In this document: positions 41,406 through 52,345 of the stretch, in pieces | How the letters are laid out: the number at the start of each line of letters is the position of its first letter | How positions within the stretch are numbered: position 1 is the stretch's first letter | Source of the DNA: Spirochaetia bacterium | GTDB taxonomy: Bacteria > Spirochaetota > Spirochaetia > SZUA-6 > Bin103 | Reading direction: 5' to 3' | DNA length: 64,000 bases | Assembly (NCBI GenBank): GCA_965203905.1 | Contig: CBDBDQ010000005.1 | Span: 5,344,001-5,408,000 of the forward strand | Translations under genes and position numbers: made by a program | Notes under the pieces: generated by a model | Told to the model about the DNA's origin: nothing | Database searches by the model: none | Seen by the model: the letters and a program-made list of their open reading frames with translations, nothing else

Positions 41406-43392
41406 ATGGCAGCGAGCAACGACGACCTGAACTGGATCGCGAACTATATATGGGGCATCGCCGACGATGTGCTGCGCGACCTCTACGTGCGCGGCAAGTA
41501 CCGGGACGTGATCCTGCCGATGACCGTGCTGCGCCGCCTCGACGCGGTGCTGGAGGGCAGCAAGCAGGCGGTCCTCGACATGAAGTCATCGCTCGACGGC
41601 GCCGGAGTGGTGGAGCAGGATCCGGCCCTGCGCCAAGCGGCCGGGCAGGCGTTCTACAACACCTCCCGCTTCACCCTGAGGGATCTACGCACACGCGCCA
41701 ACCGGCAGCAGCTCACCGCCGATTTCACGGCGTACCTCGACGGGTTCTCGCCCAACGTGCAGGACATCCTCGACAACTTCGAGTTCCGCAACCAGATTCC
41801 GCGGTTGTCTCGCGCCGACGCCCTAGGCACGCTGATCGAGAAGCTCACCTCGCCTGACATCAACCTGAGCCCAGATCCAGTGCGCCACGCCGACGGCTCG
41901 GTAACGCACGCCGGGCTCGACAACCACGGCATGGGCACGATCTTCGAGGAGCTGGTGCGCCGCTTCAACGAGGAGAACAACGAGGAGGCGGGCGAGCACT
42001 GGACGCCGCGCGACGCGGTCCGGCTGATGGCCAAGCTGGTCTTCCAGCCCATCGCCGACCAGATCACCTCCGGCACCTACCTGCTCTACGATGGAGCCTG
42101 CGGCACGGGCGGCATGCTGACGGTGGCAGAGGAGACGCTACAGGAACTCGCCGCCGAGCACGGTAAGGAGGTCGCCACTCACCTGTACGGGCAGGAGATC
42201 AACGCCGAGACCTTCGCCATCTGCAAGGCCGACCTGCTCCTGAAGGGGGAGGGCGAGGCAGCCGACAACATCGTGGGCGGCCCCGAGCACTCCACCCTGT
42301 CCAACGACGCCAACCCGGGCCGCGAGTTCGACTTCATGCTCTCCAATCCGCCCTATGGCAAGAGCTGGAAGACCGACCTGGAGCGCATGGGTGGTAAGCG
42401 CGACATGCGCGACCCCCGCTTCGTGATCGAGCACGCCGGCGATCCCGAGTACTCCCTGGTGAGCCGCTCCAGCGACGGTCAGATGCTGTTCCTGGCCAAC
42501 AAGCTCTCCAATGAAGCAGAGCACCGCGCTCGGCAGCCGCATCGCCGAGGTGCACAACGGCAGCTCGCTGTTTACCGGCGACGCCGGCCAGGGCGAGAGC
42601 AACATCCGCCGCTGGATCATCGAGAACGACTGGCTGGAGGCGATCGTCGCCCTGCCGCTCAACATGTTCTATAACACCGGCATCGCCACCTACGTGTGGG
42701 TGCTCACCAACCGCAAGCCCGAGCACCGCCGGGGCAAGGTGCAGCTCATCGACGCCACTGGCTGGCACCGGCCGCTGCGCAAGAACCTGGGCAAGAAGAA
42801 CTGCGAGCTCGGCGAGAAGGACATCGCCCGCATCTGCGACACCTTCCTCACCTTCGAGGAGACCGAGCAGAGCAAGATCTTTGATAACGACGCCTTCGGC
42901 TACTGGAAGGTGACGGTCGAGCGGCCCCTTCGGATTGCGGGAGCCGACCCCAACCGTGTCTACAAGGCCGCCGAGATAAAAAAACTGAAGGAGAGTGGCG
43001 AGCGCAGCGACGCCGCGCCGCCCGTGATCAGGAAGATCCATAGGCGAGGCACCGACGCCGATCCCCTGCGCGGGAAGTTCGCGGCCACCATCAACGGCAG
43101 ACCAGCCGTCGTGGAGTACGAGCCCGACACCGACCTTCGCGACACCGAGCAGATCCCGCTCCAAGAGGTCGGCGGCATCGAAGCCTTCCTGCACCGCGAA
43201 GTCCTGCCCTACGCGACAGACGCATGGTACCAGCCCGACCGCGTGCGGATCGGCCACGAAATTAACTTCGCTCGCTACTTCTACAAACCTAAACCGATGC
43301 GTACCCTGGAAGAAATCCGTACCGACATCCTGGCACTGGAAAATGAGACGAGTGGGTTGCTTGTTGAGATTCTGGGGGAGGTAAGTCGATGA
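41406..43392 (+). CDS. hsdM: Type I R-M methyltransferase subunit (frameshift near 42510)
   Basis: IWGIADDVLR, GEHWTPR, YDGACGTGGML, YGQE, NPPY, FYNTGIATY; split at KLS/MKQ. Confidence 0.92.
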
Positions 43393-44828
43393 TTTCGAAT
43401 CTCAGGCCGTACCCTTCGTACAAGGCCACCAGAGTAGGGTGGTTAAAACGTATTCCTGAACATTGGGGCATGCGCCGGTTGAAGTCGGTCTGCCTGCAAG
43501 CCGCGCTCTATGGTGCCAACGTGAGTGCGGGGTCCTATTCCGATAAGGGGGTACGCTTTCTTCGAACGACGGACATAACCGACGACGGGGACCTAAACGC
43601 AAGTGGTGTATACTTGCCGGAGAACTTGGTTCGAGACTATCTTCTGGCCGACGGCGACCTGCTGATCTCACGTAGTGGCACTGTTGGACGTTCCTTCCTG
43701 TTCGATACGAAAAGACATGGTCGGTGCGCATACGCAGGTTACTTAGTAAGATTCGTGCCTAGTCGCGAGGTAGTACCCGAGTATCTTTTTTGGTTCACTA
43801 AGACGCAAGCATTCTATGAGTTTCTTCGGGTAGTGGCTATTTCGTCAACAATAGAGAATGTTAACGGTGAGAAGTATTCAAACGCACCCTTGCCACTTCC
43901 GCTTCTCACAGAACAGCACAGGATCGTCCGGTTCCTGGACCACGCCGATCGCCGCATCCAACGCTACATCCGTGCCAAGCGGAGACTGATTGCTCTACTG
44001 GAGGAGCAGAAGCAGGCCCTCATTCATGAGGCCGTCACGGGGCGAATCGACGTGCGGACTGGGCGACCGTATCCGGCCTACAAAGAATCCGGTGTTGAGT
44101 GGTTGGGGACAGTGCCCGCCCACTGGGAGATTTGGCGTAGCAAGCGTGCGTTCAGGCCACGCACAGAACTTGCCCGCCCTGGTGATACTCAACTGTCGGC
44201 TACTCAAGCCTACGGTGTGATCGCGCAGGCGGATTACGAGGATAAGATTGGGCGAAAGATCACGAGGATCCTGCGGCATCTGGACCAGCGCAGGCACGTT
44301 GAGATCGACGACTTCGTAATCAGCATGCGCAGTTTTCAAGGCGGTCTCGAACGCGCCTGGACGAGCGGCTGTATTCGATCCTCTTACATTGTTCTGCACG
44401 CCGCTACTGAGCTGATTGTGGGGTATTTCGCGTACCTGTTCAAATCGTTCGGCTACATCGGAGCGCTCCAGTCAACGGCGAATTTCATTCGGGACGGACA
44501 GGATTTGAACTTTGAGAACTTCTGTCGGGTTGATGTGCCGTTCCCACCCTTAGATGAGCAACAGCACATTGCGCAGGCCGTTGATCGTGGGACCGATCAC
44601 ATTGCGACGAGCATAGAGCGGTCGCGTCGCCAGATCGGTTCATTGTGCGAATACCGTGCGCGCTTGGTTGCGGATGTCGTCACAGGAAAGCTCGACGTGC
44701 GGAAGGCGGAGGCTGATCTGTTCGAGACGGTTTCGCTTGGCGCCGAAGACGATCGGGATGTCGGCATCGATCACGATAAGGACCGGTTGGAGGCGACGAC
44801 ACAGGGAGTAGATGACGGAAGGAGGTGA
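43389..44828 (+). CDS. hsdS: Type I R-M specificity subunit
   Basis: IPEHW, PLPLLTEQ, VPAHW, PPLDEQ; two low-GC TRDs separated by a conserved spacer. Confidence 0.92.
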   Translation: MISNLRPYPSYKATRVGWLKRIPEHWGMRRLKSVCLQAALYGANVSAGSYSDKGVRFLRTTDITDDGDLNASGVYLPENLVRDYLLADGDLLISRSGTVGRSFLFDTKRHGRCAYAGYLVRFVPSREVVPEYLFWFTKTQAFYEFLRVVAISSTIENVNGEKYSNAPLPLPLLTEQHRIVRFLDHADRRIQRYIRAKRRLIALLEEQKQALIHEAVTGRIDVRTGRPYPAYKESGVEWLGTVPAHWEIWRSKRAFRPRTELARPGDTQLSATQAYGVIAQADYEDKIGRKITRILRHLDQRRHVEIDDFVISMRSFQGGLERAWTSGCIRSSYIVLHAATELIVGYFAYLFKSFGYIGALQSTANFIRDGQDLNFENFCRVDVPFPPLDEQQHIAQAVDRGTDHIATSIERSRRQIGSLCEYRARLVADVVTGKLDVRKAEADLFETVSLGAEDDRDVGIDHDKDRLEATTQGVDDGRR

Positions 44829-44832
44829 GCAC

Positions 44833-45057
44833 ATGGACTGGGAGAACTGCCCGGTAGTGGAACGCAAGCCAGGCAAGATCAGCGGCGCTTGGGCGTTCAC
44901 TGGAACACGCGTACCAGTATACGCTCTGTTTGAGAATCTCGCCGGCGGCGCCACGATCGATGAGTTCGTAGAGTGGTTTCCGGGCGTAGATAAGAACCAG
45001 GTGCGTGAGGTACTGGAATATCAAGCACGGGCGCTGAGAAAGGCCCTTGCCCATTGA
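44833..45057 (+). CDS. DUF433 family antitoxin
   Basis: PGKISGAWAFTGTRVPV.ALFENL..G..IDEF.EWFP. Confidence 0.88.
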   Translation: MDWENCPVVERKPGKISGAWAFTGTRVPVYALFENLAGGATIDEFVEWFPGVDKNQVREVLEYQARALRKALAH

Positions 45058-45379
45058 AGTTACTGTTCGATCAGGGTACGCCTGCTCCGTTGCGGGAACG
45101 CCTTCCGGCGCATTCGGTGGATACGTTGGCCGAGAAGGGCTGGTCGGACAAGGACAACGGCGAGTTGCTCGATGTGGCGCAACGAGAGGGGTACGAAGTT
45201 CTCGTGACAACGGATCAGAGTCTTCCCTACCAGCAGAATCTGACGGGGAGGCGAATCGGCATTGTCATTCTGCTTTCCACAGATTGGCGCGAGGTTCGCC
45301 TTCGCACAGGGAAATCGGCGAAGCGATCTCGGCTGTGGGTACCGGAGAGGTAATTGAAGTGCCCATTCGGGTGAAATGA
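45054..45379 (+). CDS. DUF5615 PIN-like (VapC45-type) toxin, frameshift near 45310
   Basis: KLLFDQGTP, GW..NGELL, VTTDQ..YQQNL. Confidence 0.8.
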
Positions 45380-45380
45380 T

Positions 45381-48300
45381 ATGGCTGTGGACACCACGGA
45401 ACGTGGCCTGGAGCGGCTGATCTGCACGGCGCTGGCGGGACACCCGTGCGATCCGTCGGCCGAGGGCGCCGTGGCCGAATCTCCGGCGGGCTACGGCGGG
45501 GTGGGGTGGAGTGGCGGCAGCTTCCACGACTACGACCGCGAGTACTGTGTCGACTTGGTACAGTTCGCGGCGTTCCTGCGGGATACGCAGCCGGACGCCG
45601 CCGACGCATTGGTGCTGTCCGAGGACGGTCCGACGCGGCGCGCGTTCCTGACTCGGTTGCAGGGGGAGATTGCCAAGCGCGGCACCATCGACGTGCTACG
45701 CAACGGGATCAGACACCGGGCGCTGCACCTGGATCTGTTCTACGGGACGCCCTCGGAGCACAACGCCGAGGCGCAGGAACGGTTCGCGCGGAACCGGTTC
45801 ACGGTTACCCGGCAGCTTCGTTACAGCCGGGACGAGGCGCAGCGGTCGCTGGACATTGGGTTGTTCATCAATGGGCTGCCGGTGTTCACGTTCGAGCTGA
45901 AGAACAGCCTCACCAAGCAGACGGCGGACGACGCGGTGGTGCAGTACCAGCAGGATCGCAACCCGCGCGAGAAGCTGTTCGAGTTCGGTCGCTGCATCGC
46001 GCACTTCGCGGTGGACGAGCGTGAGGTGCAGTTCTGCACCCATCTCAAGGGCAAGGGGTCGTGGTTCCTGCCGTTCAACCGCGGCTGGAACGACGGCGCG
46101 GGCAACCCGCCGAACCCTCACGGGCTGGCGATCGACTACCTGTGGCGCGAGGTGCTGCCACGGGAGAGTCTGACCAACATCCTGGAGAACTACGCCCAGG
46201 TGGTGGAGGAGAAGGACGACAAGACCGGCAGGAAGCGGCGGGCGCAGGTGTGGCCGCGCTATCACCAGCTCGACGTGGTGCGCCGCCTGCTGGCCGACGC
46301 CGAAGCCCACGGGGTAGGCCGGCCGTACCTGATCCAGCACTCGGCGGGCAGCGGCAAGAGCAACTCCATCGCCTGGCTGGCGCATCAACTCATCGGGCTG
46401 ACCAGGGACGATGCGCCGGTGTTCGACTCGATCATCGTGGTGACCGACCGGCGCATCCTCGACCGGCAGATCCGCGACACGATCCGGCAGTATGCCCAGG
46501 TGTCGGCGACGGTCGGGCACGCCGACCGGTCGGGCGACCTGCGGCGGTTCATCGAGAGCGGCAAGAAGATCATCATCTCCACGGTCCAGAAGTTCCCGTT
46601 CATCCTCGACGAGATCGGCAACGAGCAGCGCGGGCGCAGCTTCGCCATCATCATCGACGAGGCCCACTCCAGCCAGGGCGGACGTACCAGCGCGGCGATG
46701 GCGCAGGCGCTGTCGGTGGCCGGCGAGGTGGACGAGGAGGAAACCTACGAGGACCAGATCAACCGCCTGATGGAGTCGCGCAAGCTGCTGCCCAACGCCA
46801 GCTACTTCGCGTTCACGGCCACGCCCAAGAACAAGACGCTGGAGATCTTCGGCACTCCGGATCCGCAGCCGGACGGCACGGTCAGGCATCACGCGTTTCA
46901 CAGCTACACCATGAAGCAGGCGATCCAGGAGGGGTTCATCCTCGACGTGCTCGCCCGCTACACGCCGGTGGCCAGCTACTACCGGCTGGCCAAGACGGTG
47001 GAGGACGATCCGGAGTTCGACGTCAAGAAGGCGCAGAGGAAGCTGCGGCGCTTCGTGGAGGGCAGCGATCACGCTATCCGGCTCAAGGCCGAGATCATGG
47101 TCGATCACTTCCACGACCAGGTGCTGGCGCAGGGCAAGATCGGCGGCGCGGCGCGGGCGATGGTGGTGACCAACGGCATCGAGCGTGCGATCCAGTACTA
47201 CCACGCCATCAGCGACTACCTGGCCGAGCGCAAGAGCCGCTACCAGGCCCTGGTCGCCTTCTCCGGCGAGCACGAGTACGGCGGCGTGAAGCTGAGCGAG
47301 GCGTCGCTGAACGGTTTGCCGTCGGCGCAGATCGCCGACCGGTTCCAGGAAGATCCCTACCGCTTCCTGGGTGTGCGCGGACAAGTTCCAGACCGGCTAC
47401 GACGAGCCGCTGCTGCACACCATGTACGTGGACAAGACGCTGTCCGGCATCAAGGCCGTGCAGACCCTGTCGCGCCTCAACCGGGCGCACCCCAAGAAGC
47501 ACGACGTGTTCGTGCTCGACTTTCTGAACGACGCCGACACCATCCGCGAAGCGTTCGCGGACTTCTACCGGGCGACGATCCTGGCCGACGAGACCGACCC
47601 CAACAAGCTCCACGACCTGCAGGCCGACCTGGACGCTGCCCAGGTCTATTCCGAGGAGCAGGTAGAGGATCTGGCGCGGCGTTACCTTGGCGGTGCCGAG
47701 CGCGACCAGCTCGATCCGATCCTCGATGCCTGCGTGGCGGTGTATCTGCGCGATCTGGACGAGGACGGCCAGGTGGAGTTCAAGGGCAGTGCCAAGGCCT
47801 TCATCCGCACCTACGGCTTCCTCTCCGCGGTGCTGCCGTACAGCAACCCCGGCTGGGAGAAACGCTCGATATTCCTCAACCTCCTGGTGCCGAAGCTGCC
47901 GGCGCCCGAGGAGCCGGACCTCGCCAAGGGGATCCTGGACGCCATCGACCTGGACAGCTACCGGGTCGAGAAACAGGCGATGCAGAAGATCCTGCTACCC
48001 GACGAGGACGCCGAGATCGGCCCGGTACCCACGTCCGCCGCCGGCTCCCGCCCGGAGCCGGAGCTGGACCGGCTCTCCAGCATCCTGCGTACCTTCAACG
48101 AGAACTTCGGCGACATCCAGTGGGAGGACGGCGACCGCGTACGGCAGCTCATCATCGAGACCATCCCCGCCCGCGTCGCCGCCGACACCGCCTTCCGCAA
48201 CGCGCGCCAGAACTCCGACCGCCAGAACGCCCGCATCGAGCACGACAAGGCGCTGGTGCGCGTGATGACCGCCGTGATGCGCGACGACACGAGCTGTTCA

Positions 48301-48386
48301 AGCAGTTCATGGACAACGCCAGCTTCAAGCGCTGGCTCACCGACACCGTATTCTCACTCGCCTACGAGCCGGCAGGCACCCCCTGA
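45381..48386 (+). CDS. hsdR: Type I R-M restriction subunit (two compensating frameshifts near 47370 and 48290)
   Basis: INGLP.FELKN, PRYHQ, HSAGSGKS, DEAH, FTATP, KFQTGYDEP, QTLSRLNR. Confidence 0.92.
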   Translation: MAVDTTERGLERLICTALAGHPCDPSAEGAVAESPAGYGGVGWSGGSFHDYDREYCVDLVQFAAFLRDTQPDAADALVLSEDGPTRRAFLTRLQGEIAKRGTIDVLRNGIRHRALHLDLFYGTPSEHNAEAQERFARNRFTVTRQLRYSRDEAQRSLDIGLFINGLPVFTFELKNSLTKQTADDAVVQYQQDRNPREKLFEFGRCIAHFAVDEREVQFCTHLKGKGSWFLPFNRGWNDGAGNPPNPHGLAIDYLWREVLPRESLTNILENYAQVVEEKDDKTGRKRRAQVWPRYHQLDVVRRLLADAEAHGVGRPYLIQHSAGSGKSNSIAWLAHQLIGLTRDDAPVFDSIIVVTDRRILDRQIRDTIRQYAQVSATVGHADRSGDLRRFIESGKKIIISTVQKFPFILDEIGNEQRGRSFAIIIDEAHSSQGGRTSAAMAQALSVAGEVDEEETYEDQINRLMESRKLLPNASYFAFTATPKNKTLEIFGTPDPQPDGTVRHHAFHSYTMKQAIQEGFILDVLARYTPVASYYRLAKTVEDDPEFDVKKAQRKLRRFVEGSDHAIRLKAEIMVDHFHDQVLAQGKIGGAARAMVVTNGIERAIQYYHAISDYLAERKSRYQALVAFSGEHEYGGVKLSEASLNGLPSAQIADRFQEDPYRFLGVRGQVPDRLRRAAAAHHVRGQDAVRHQGRADPVAPQPGAPQEARRVRARLSERRRHHPRSVRGLLPGDDPGRRDRPQQAPRPAGRPGRCPGLFRGAGRGSGAALPWRCRARPARSDPRCLRGGVSARSGRGRPGGVQGQCQGLHPHLRLPLRGAAVQQPRLGETLDIPQPPGAEAAGARGAGPRQGDPGRHRPGQLPGRETGDAEDPATRRGRRDRPGTHVRRRLPPGAGAGPALQHPAYLQRELRRHPVGGRRPRTAAHHRDHPRPRRRRHRLPQRAPELRPPERPHRARQGAGARDDRRDARRHELFKQFMDNASFKRWLTDTVFSLAYEPAGTP

Positions 48387-48416
48387 ACGAAGCGCTGCTT
48401 GGGATCCCCTGCTGTC

Positions 48417-48719
48417 TCAGCAGTCGGGACTGGCGACCGATGCGACTGGCACTTCCTGTTCGATCAACTGGCCTCGATAGCTGACCACCACGGAGACGTC
48501 GTAACTGCTTTGAAGGTTCATCCAGAATTCAGACCCGGTGCCGAAGTATCGCCCGAGGCGCAGGGCCGTCGCCGCCAAAACGGCACGGTCACCGCGCAGG
48601 ATTGCGGTAACGCGGTTTGCGGGCTCGCGGATTGCGAGGGCAAGCTGGTTGGCGCTCATGCCCCGTATCCGCAGTTCCTCTCTGAGCACTACACCGGGAT
48701 GCGTTCGTACTCTCGCCAT
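48417..48719 (-). CDS. higA: HigA family antitoxin
   Basis: THPGVVLREE, ALRLGRYFGTGSEFWMNLQSSYD. Confidence 0.88.
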   Translation of the reverse strand: MARVRTHPGVVLREELRIRGMSANQLALAIREPANRVTAILRGDRAVLAATALRLGRYFGTGSEFWMNLQSSYDVSVVVSYRGQLIEQEVPVASVASPDC

Positions 48720-48729
48720 GTATCTTGCC

Positions 48730-48935
48730 TCTCCCGGGATCGTCCCCTTTGTAGTCCTCGATCGCGACACCGTAGGCGTCACCGTCCGAGAACCGAATGG
48801 TGGGCCGCCAGCAGGAATTTATCGTCATCGCCCACACTCCTTGTCGCGAGCCGGACAGCACATGTAACCGCACCGCTTGCAGCTTGTGGAATGGCTCAAG
48901 CGATGGCGCAGCGTCAGGCATAGTACCTCAAGTGT
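48730..48935 (-). pseudogene. higB: HigB toxin remnant
   Basis: RLHVLSGSRQGVWAMTINSCWRPTIRFSDGDAYGVAIEDY; N-terminus missing. Confidence 0.7.
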
Positions 48936-49028
48936 CCGACGGTGCGGCCGGTGCGGCCCGGCGCGGCACGCAGCGTCTCGAGCTTCCCTCGCTCATGCAT
49001 GCACGAGCGCGAGAAGACGGCATCCTCT

Positions 49029-49130
49029 GTCGGGTTCTCATTGTGGACGCTCAGGTACTCATCTATCGCCTGTTTCAGCTCATCAGTGCTTCGGAACGTG
49101 CCACGCCGGATCTTCCGTTCGGTAATCGCC
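49029..49130 (-). pseudogene. IS630 transposase C-terminal fragment
   Basis: ITERKIRRGTFRSTDELKQAIDEYLSVHNENP. Confidence 0.7.
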
Positions 49131-49500
49131 GCTCGCTCGAGCGGATGCGGCGCGGGCAACCCGCCCAACTCGGACCGGCTGGCTGTCCTTTGGCAGCAAA
49201 GTACGGTACCGTGTGGCCGTGGCCAAGCCCGACTACGTCGAGACTTCGATCCCCAGCTTCTACGTGGAAGGGCACACGCCGCTCTGTTCGAGACTCTCGC
49301 CGCCGGCGCCAAGATCGACGAGTTCGGGGTGGTTCCCGTGGTAGACAAGCAAGACGTGCGAGGGGTGTGATCTCGATGCCGCATGTCGAACCATTTGAAG
49401 CCGAAGACGATCAAGATGTCACGCTTTGCCGGGACGCTGGGTCGGAGACGATCGATGCCGAGGAATCGGCTGACGAGTACATCGACGAGGAGGTGACCGT

Positions 49501-49740
49501 ATGACGGACTGGAGCAAGTGCGCCGCGGTGGAAAGCGTGCCCGGCAGACTTAGCGGGGCCTGGGTATTCACCAGGACCAGAGTGCCGGTATCCGCACTGT
49601 TCGGCAATCTCGCGGCGGGAGCCACGGTGAAGGACTTTCTCGAGTGGTTCCCGGGGGTGGAGGAATGGCAGGTTAAGGCGGTGTTGGAACACGAGGTCAA
49701 GAGCCTGGACGCTAGAGTGAGCATTGAAAATCCTGTTTGA
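49501..49740 (+). CDS. DUF433 family antitoxin, second copy
   Basis: PGRLSGAWVFTRTRVPVSALF. Confidence 0.88.
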   Translation: MTDWSKCAAVESVPGRLSGAWVFTRTRVPVSALFGNLAAGATVKDFLEWFPGVEEWQVKAVLEHEVKSLDARVSIENPV

Positions 49741-50041
49741 CCACGCGACACCTGCACCACTCCGCGCCCATATTCCAGAACATACCGTTGACACAGCCGC
49801 CGAGAGAGGTTGGGCGGAATTGAGCAACGGTGAGCTTCTGGACCGAGCTGAGAGCGAAGAATACGAGCTATTGATCACCACCGACCAGAGTGTGAGGTAT
49901 CAGCAAAACCTTAGCCGCAGGCAAATGGCGATTATCGTACTGCGTTCCAACAGATGGCCCGATGTCCTACTGCGAGTAGGCGACATCCGGGCCGCCTTGG
50001 AGCGGATACAGCCGGGAGAACTCCGGGAGGTCGAGATATAG
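49724..50041 (+). CDS. DUF5615 PIN-like toxin, second copy
   Basis: KILFDHATP, GWAELSNGELL, ITTDQ..YQQNL. Confidence 0.85.
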   Translation: MKILFDHATPAPLRAHIPEHTVDTAAERGWAELSNGELLDRAESEEYELLITTDQSVRYQQNLSRRQMAIIVLRSNRWPDVLLRVGDIRAALERIQPGELREVEI

Positions 50042-50042
50042 C

Positions 50043-50579
50043 ATGACCACCGACACCACGGAGCTCGGGCTGGAGCGGCTGATCTGCGCGGGATTGGCTG
50101 GGCATCCGTGCGATCCTCCTACCGAGGACACCGTGGCCGATCCGCCGGCTGGCTACGGTGGCGTGGGCTGGAGCGGCGGGAGTTTCCATGACTACGACCG
50201 CGAGTACTGCGTCGATCAGGTGCAACTCGGCGCGTTCCTGCGTGTTACCCAGCCCAAGGCTGCGGAGGAGCTGGCACTGTGGCAGGACGGTCCTACACGG
50301 CGAGCGTTCCTGACGCGACTGCAGGGCGAGGTGAGCAGGCGCGGTACGATCGATGTGCTGCGCAACGGAGTAAAACACCGAGCGCGGCACGTCGAGCTGG
50401 TCTACGGGACGCCGTCGGAGCGCAACGCCGAGGCGCAGGTACGGTTCGAGCAGAACCGGTTCACGGTTGCCCGGAAGCTTCGCTACAGCCGGGACGAGGC
50501 GCAACGGTCGCTGGACATTGGGTTGTTCATCAATGGGCTGCCGGTGTTCACGTTGGAGTTGAAGAACAGCCTCACCAAG
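50043..50579 (+). pseudogene. hsdR: hsdR 5' duplicate, truncated
   Basis: Close copy of 45381-45917 ending at ELKNSLTK. Confidence 0.9.
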
Positions 50580-51088
50580 GTTCATCCAGAATTCGGGCCC
50601 GGTGCCGAAGTATCGCCCGAGACGCAGGGCTTTCTCCGCCGAAACGGCACGGTCACTGCGCAGGATTGCGGTAACGCGGTTGCGGGCACGCGGATTGCGA
50701 GGGCAAGCTGATTGGCGCTCATGCCCCGTATCCGTAGCTCCTCTCTGAGCACTACACCGGGATGCGTTCGTACTCTCGCCATGTGTCTGCCTCCCCCGGG
50801 ATCATCCCCTGTGGTAGTCCTCGATCGCGACACCGTAGGCGTCACCGTCCGAGAACCGAATGGTGGGCCGCCAGCAGGCTTTTTTGTCGTCATCGCCCAC
50901 ACTCCTTGTCGCGAGCCGGACAGCGCATGTAACCGCACCGCTTGCAGCTTGTGGAATGGCTCAAGCGATGGCGCAGCGTCAGGCATAGTACCTCAAGTGT
51001 CCTGCGGCGCGGTCGCGGCACTGGGCGGCGCGCCGTCCCGAACTTCACTCCTCATGCACGAGCGCGAGAAAACGGCATCCTATGTCGG
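50577..51088 (-). pseudogene. Duplicate of the higB remnant/higA region, higA truncated
   Basis: Near-identical to 48513-49033. Confidence 0.85.
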
Positions 51089-51110
51089 ATGCTCCTGTCG
51101 AGCGTTGTCC

Positions 51111-51735
51111 GTTCATCTCCAGCCGGCAACGTAGGGGCCGGCGTGCTCGGCGCCATCGCGAAGGTGGGTGACGACGGAAGTTTCGGCAGCGCGGCCGATG
51201 CGGTAGATCACGTCGTGCGGCTGGTACACGTCGTTCAGTTGCGCCTCCAGACCGGCCAGCACGGCCGAACACGGTTGATCCCGGCGTGTGCCACGATCAG
51301 GGTAGTGCGTTCATCCAGCCGTCCTGTCATCGATCGTGCCCGCTCCAGGATTTCTGTGAGCGACTCGCCACCCGTGTACCGGTAGCTGAGGCGGTCCTTG
51401 CCACGCTTCCGCCGCGCGCGCGCACCCGGATAGCGCTCGTCCACCTCCTGCCGGGTCAGGCCTTCCCACCGCCCGATGGAGATTTCGGCGAGCTCTGCGT
51501 CGACCTCGACCGGGAGGCCCACCGCGTCGGCCACCACCCGCGCCGTGTGCTGCGCTCTCCCGAGCGGGCTGCACAGTAGCCGCTGGACTCCGCGCCCACG
51601 CATTGTCTCGGCGGTCTGTCGCGCCTGTACCCGTCCGAGCGCGGTCAGCGGCGAATCGAGGCTGCCCTGGTAGCGGCCCTGGGCGTTCCACTCCGTCTGC
51701 CCGTGCCGGGCCAGAAACAGCGGACCGGTCACCAC
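51111..51735 (-). CDS. Histidine phosphatase (phosphoglycerate mutase family), 3' end frameshifted and uncertain
   Basis: ARHGQTEWN, SPLGRA, EISIGRWEG, GGES, VAHAG. Confidence 0.85.
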
Positions 51736-52150
51736 CCGTTATAGCGCGCAGATTTGCGATGTGCGCGTAGTGGTGGCGGCCGTGCCAGGCATAGCCCTGG
51801 ACAATCCGGCTCACAGTCTGCGTGCCAAACTCAGGATGGTGCACCTTGCGCAGCAGCGTCGGCTCGTCCAGCGTACGCAGGGTTACCACCCAGCGCCCAT
51901 GCAGCGCTTCCAGCAATCGCAGTGACACTTCCGGCGGCTCGGTGGATGCGTCAGTCAGCTTCGCCCAGGCCTCCTCGTCGAACGGCTTGACGATGGGAAC
52001 GTCCTCGGTCAGGGCCAGCTTGGTGCGAATGTAGCCGTGCATATGGCTGTCGGCCAATGATGCGGATCAATCGTTGGTGCTTCTTCGGCGTCGGTTGCGG
52101 ATCCTCGCGAAGTCGCCCGATCGGGTACCTGAGCGACTCCGGGGTACCAT
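51729..52150 (-). pseudogene. YfiT/DinB-family bacillithiol transferase-like, internally deleted
   Basis: LRYPIG, ADSH...KLALTE..P..KPFDE..W, LHGRW, YAWHGRHH. Confidence 0.75.
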
Positions 52151-52345
52151 TACCCGGTACGGCGCAGTCCCGAACCGCTTCTTCGGCAGATGATTGGTCT
52201 TGCACGACGCAACAATGGCACCAGTAGACGCGTGTTGACAAGGCCGCGCAATGACTCGTCTCATCGACAACCAAACACTTGACAGTATCCCAGTCGTCGT
52301 CCAGCATGACGCTGACGCCAGACAGGTCTTGCTGCCGTTGGATCC

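Noticed and set aside
49220-49370. PIN N-terminus (YVETSIPSFY) fused to a third DUF433 remnant
   Set aside because: Tiny broken fragments; treated as debris at the duplication junction rather than a gene.
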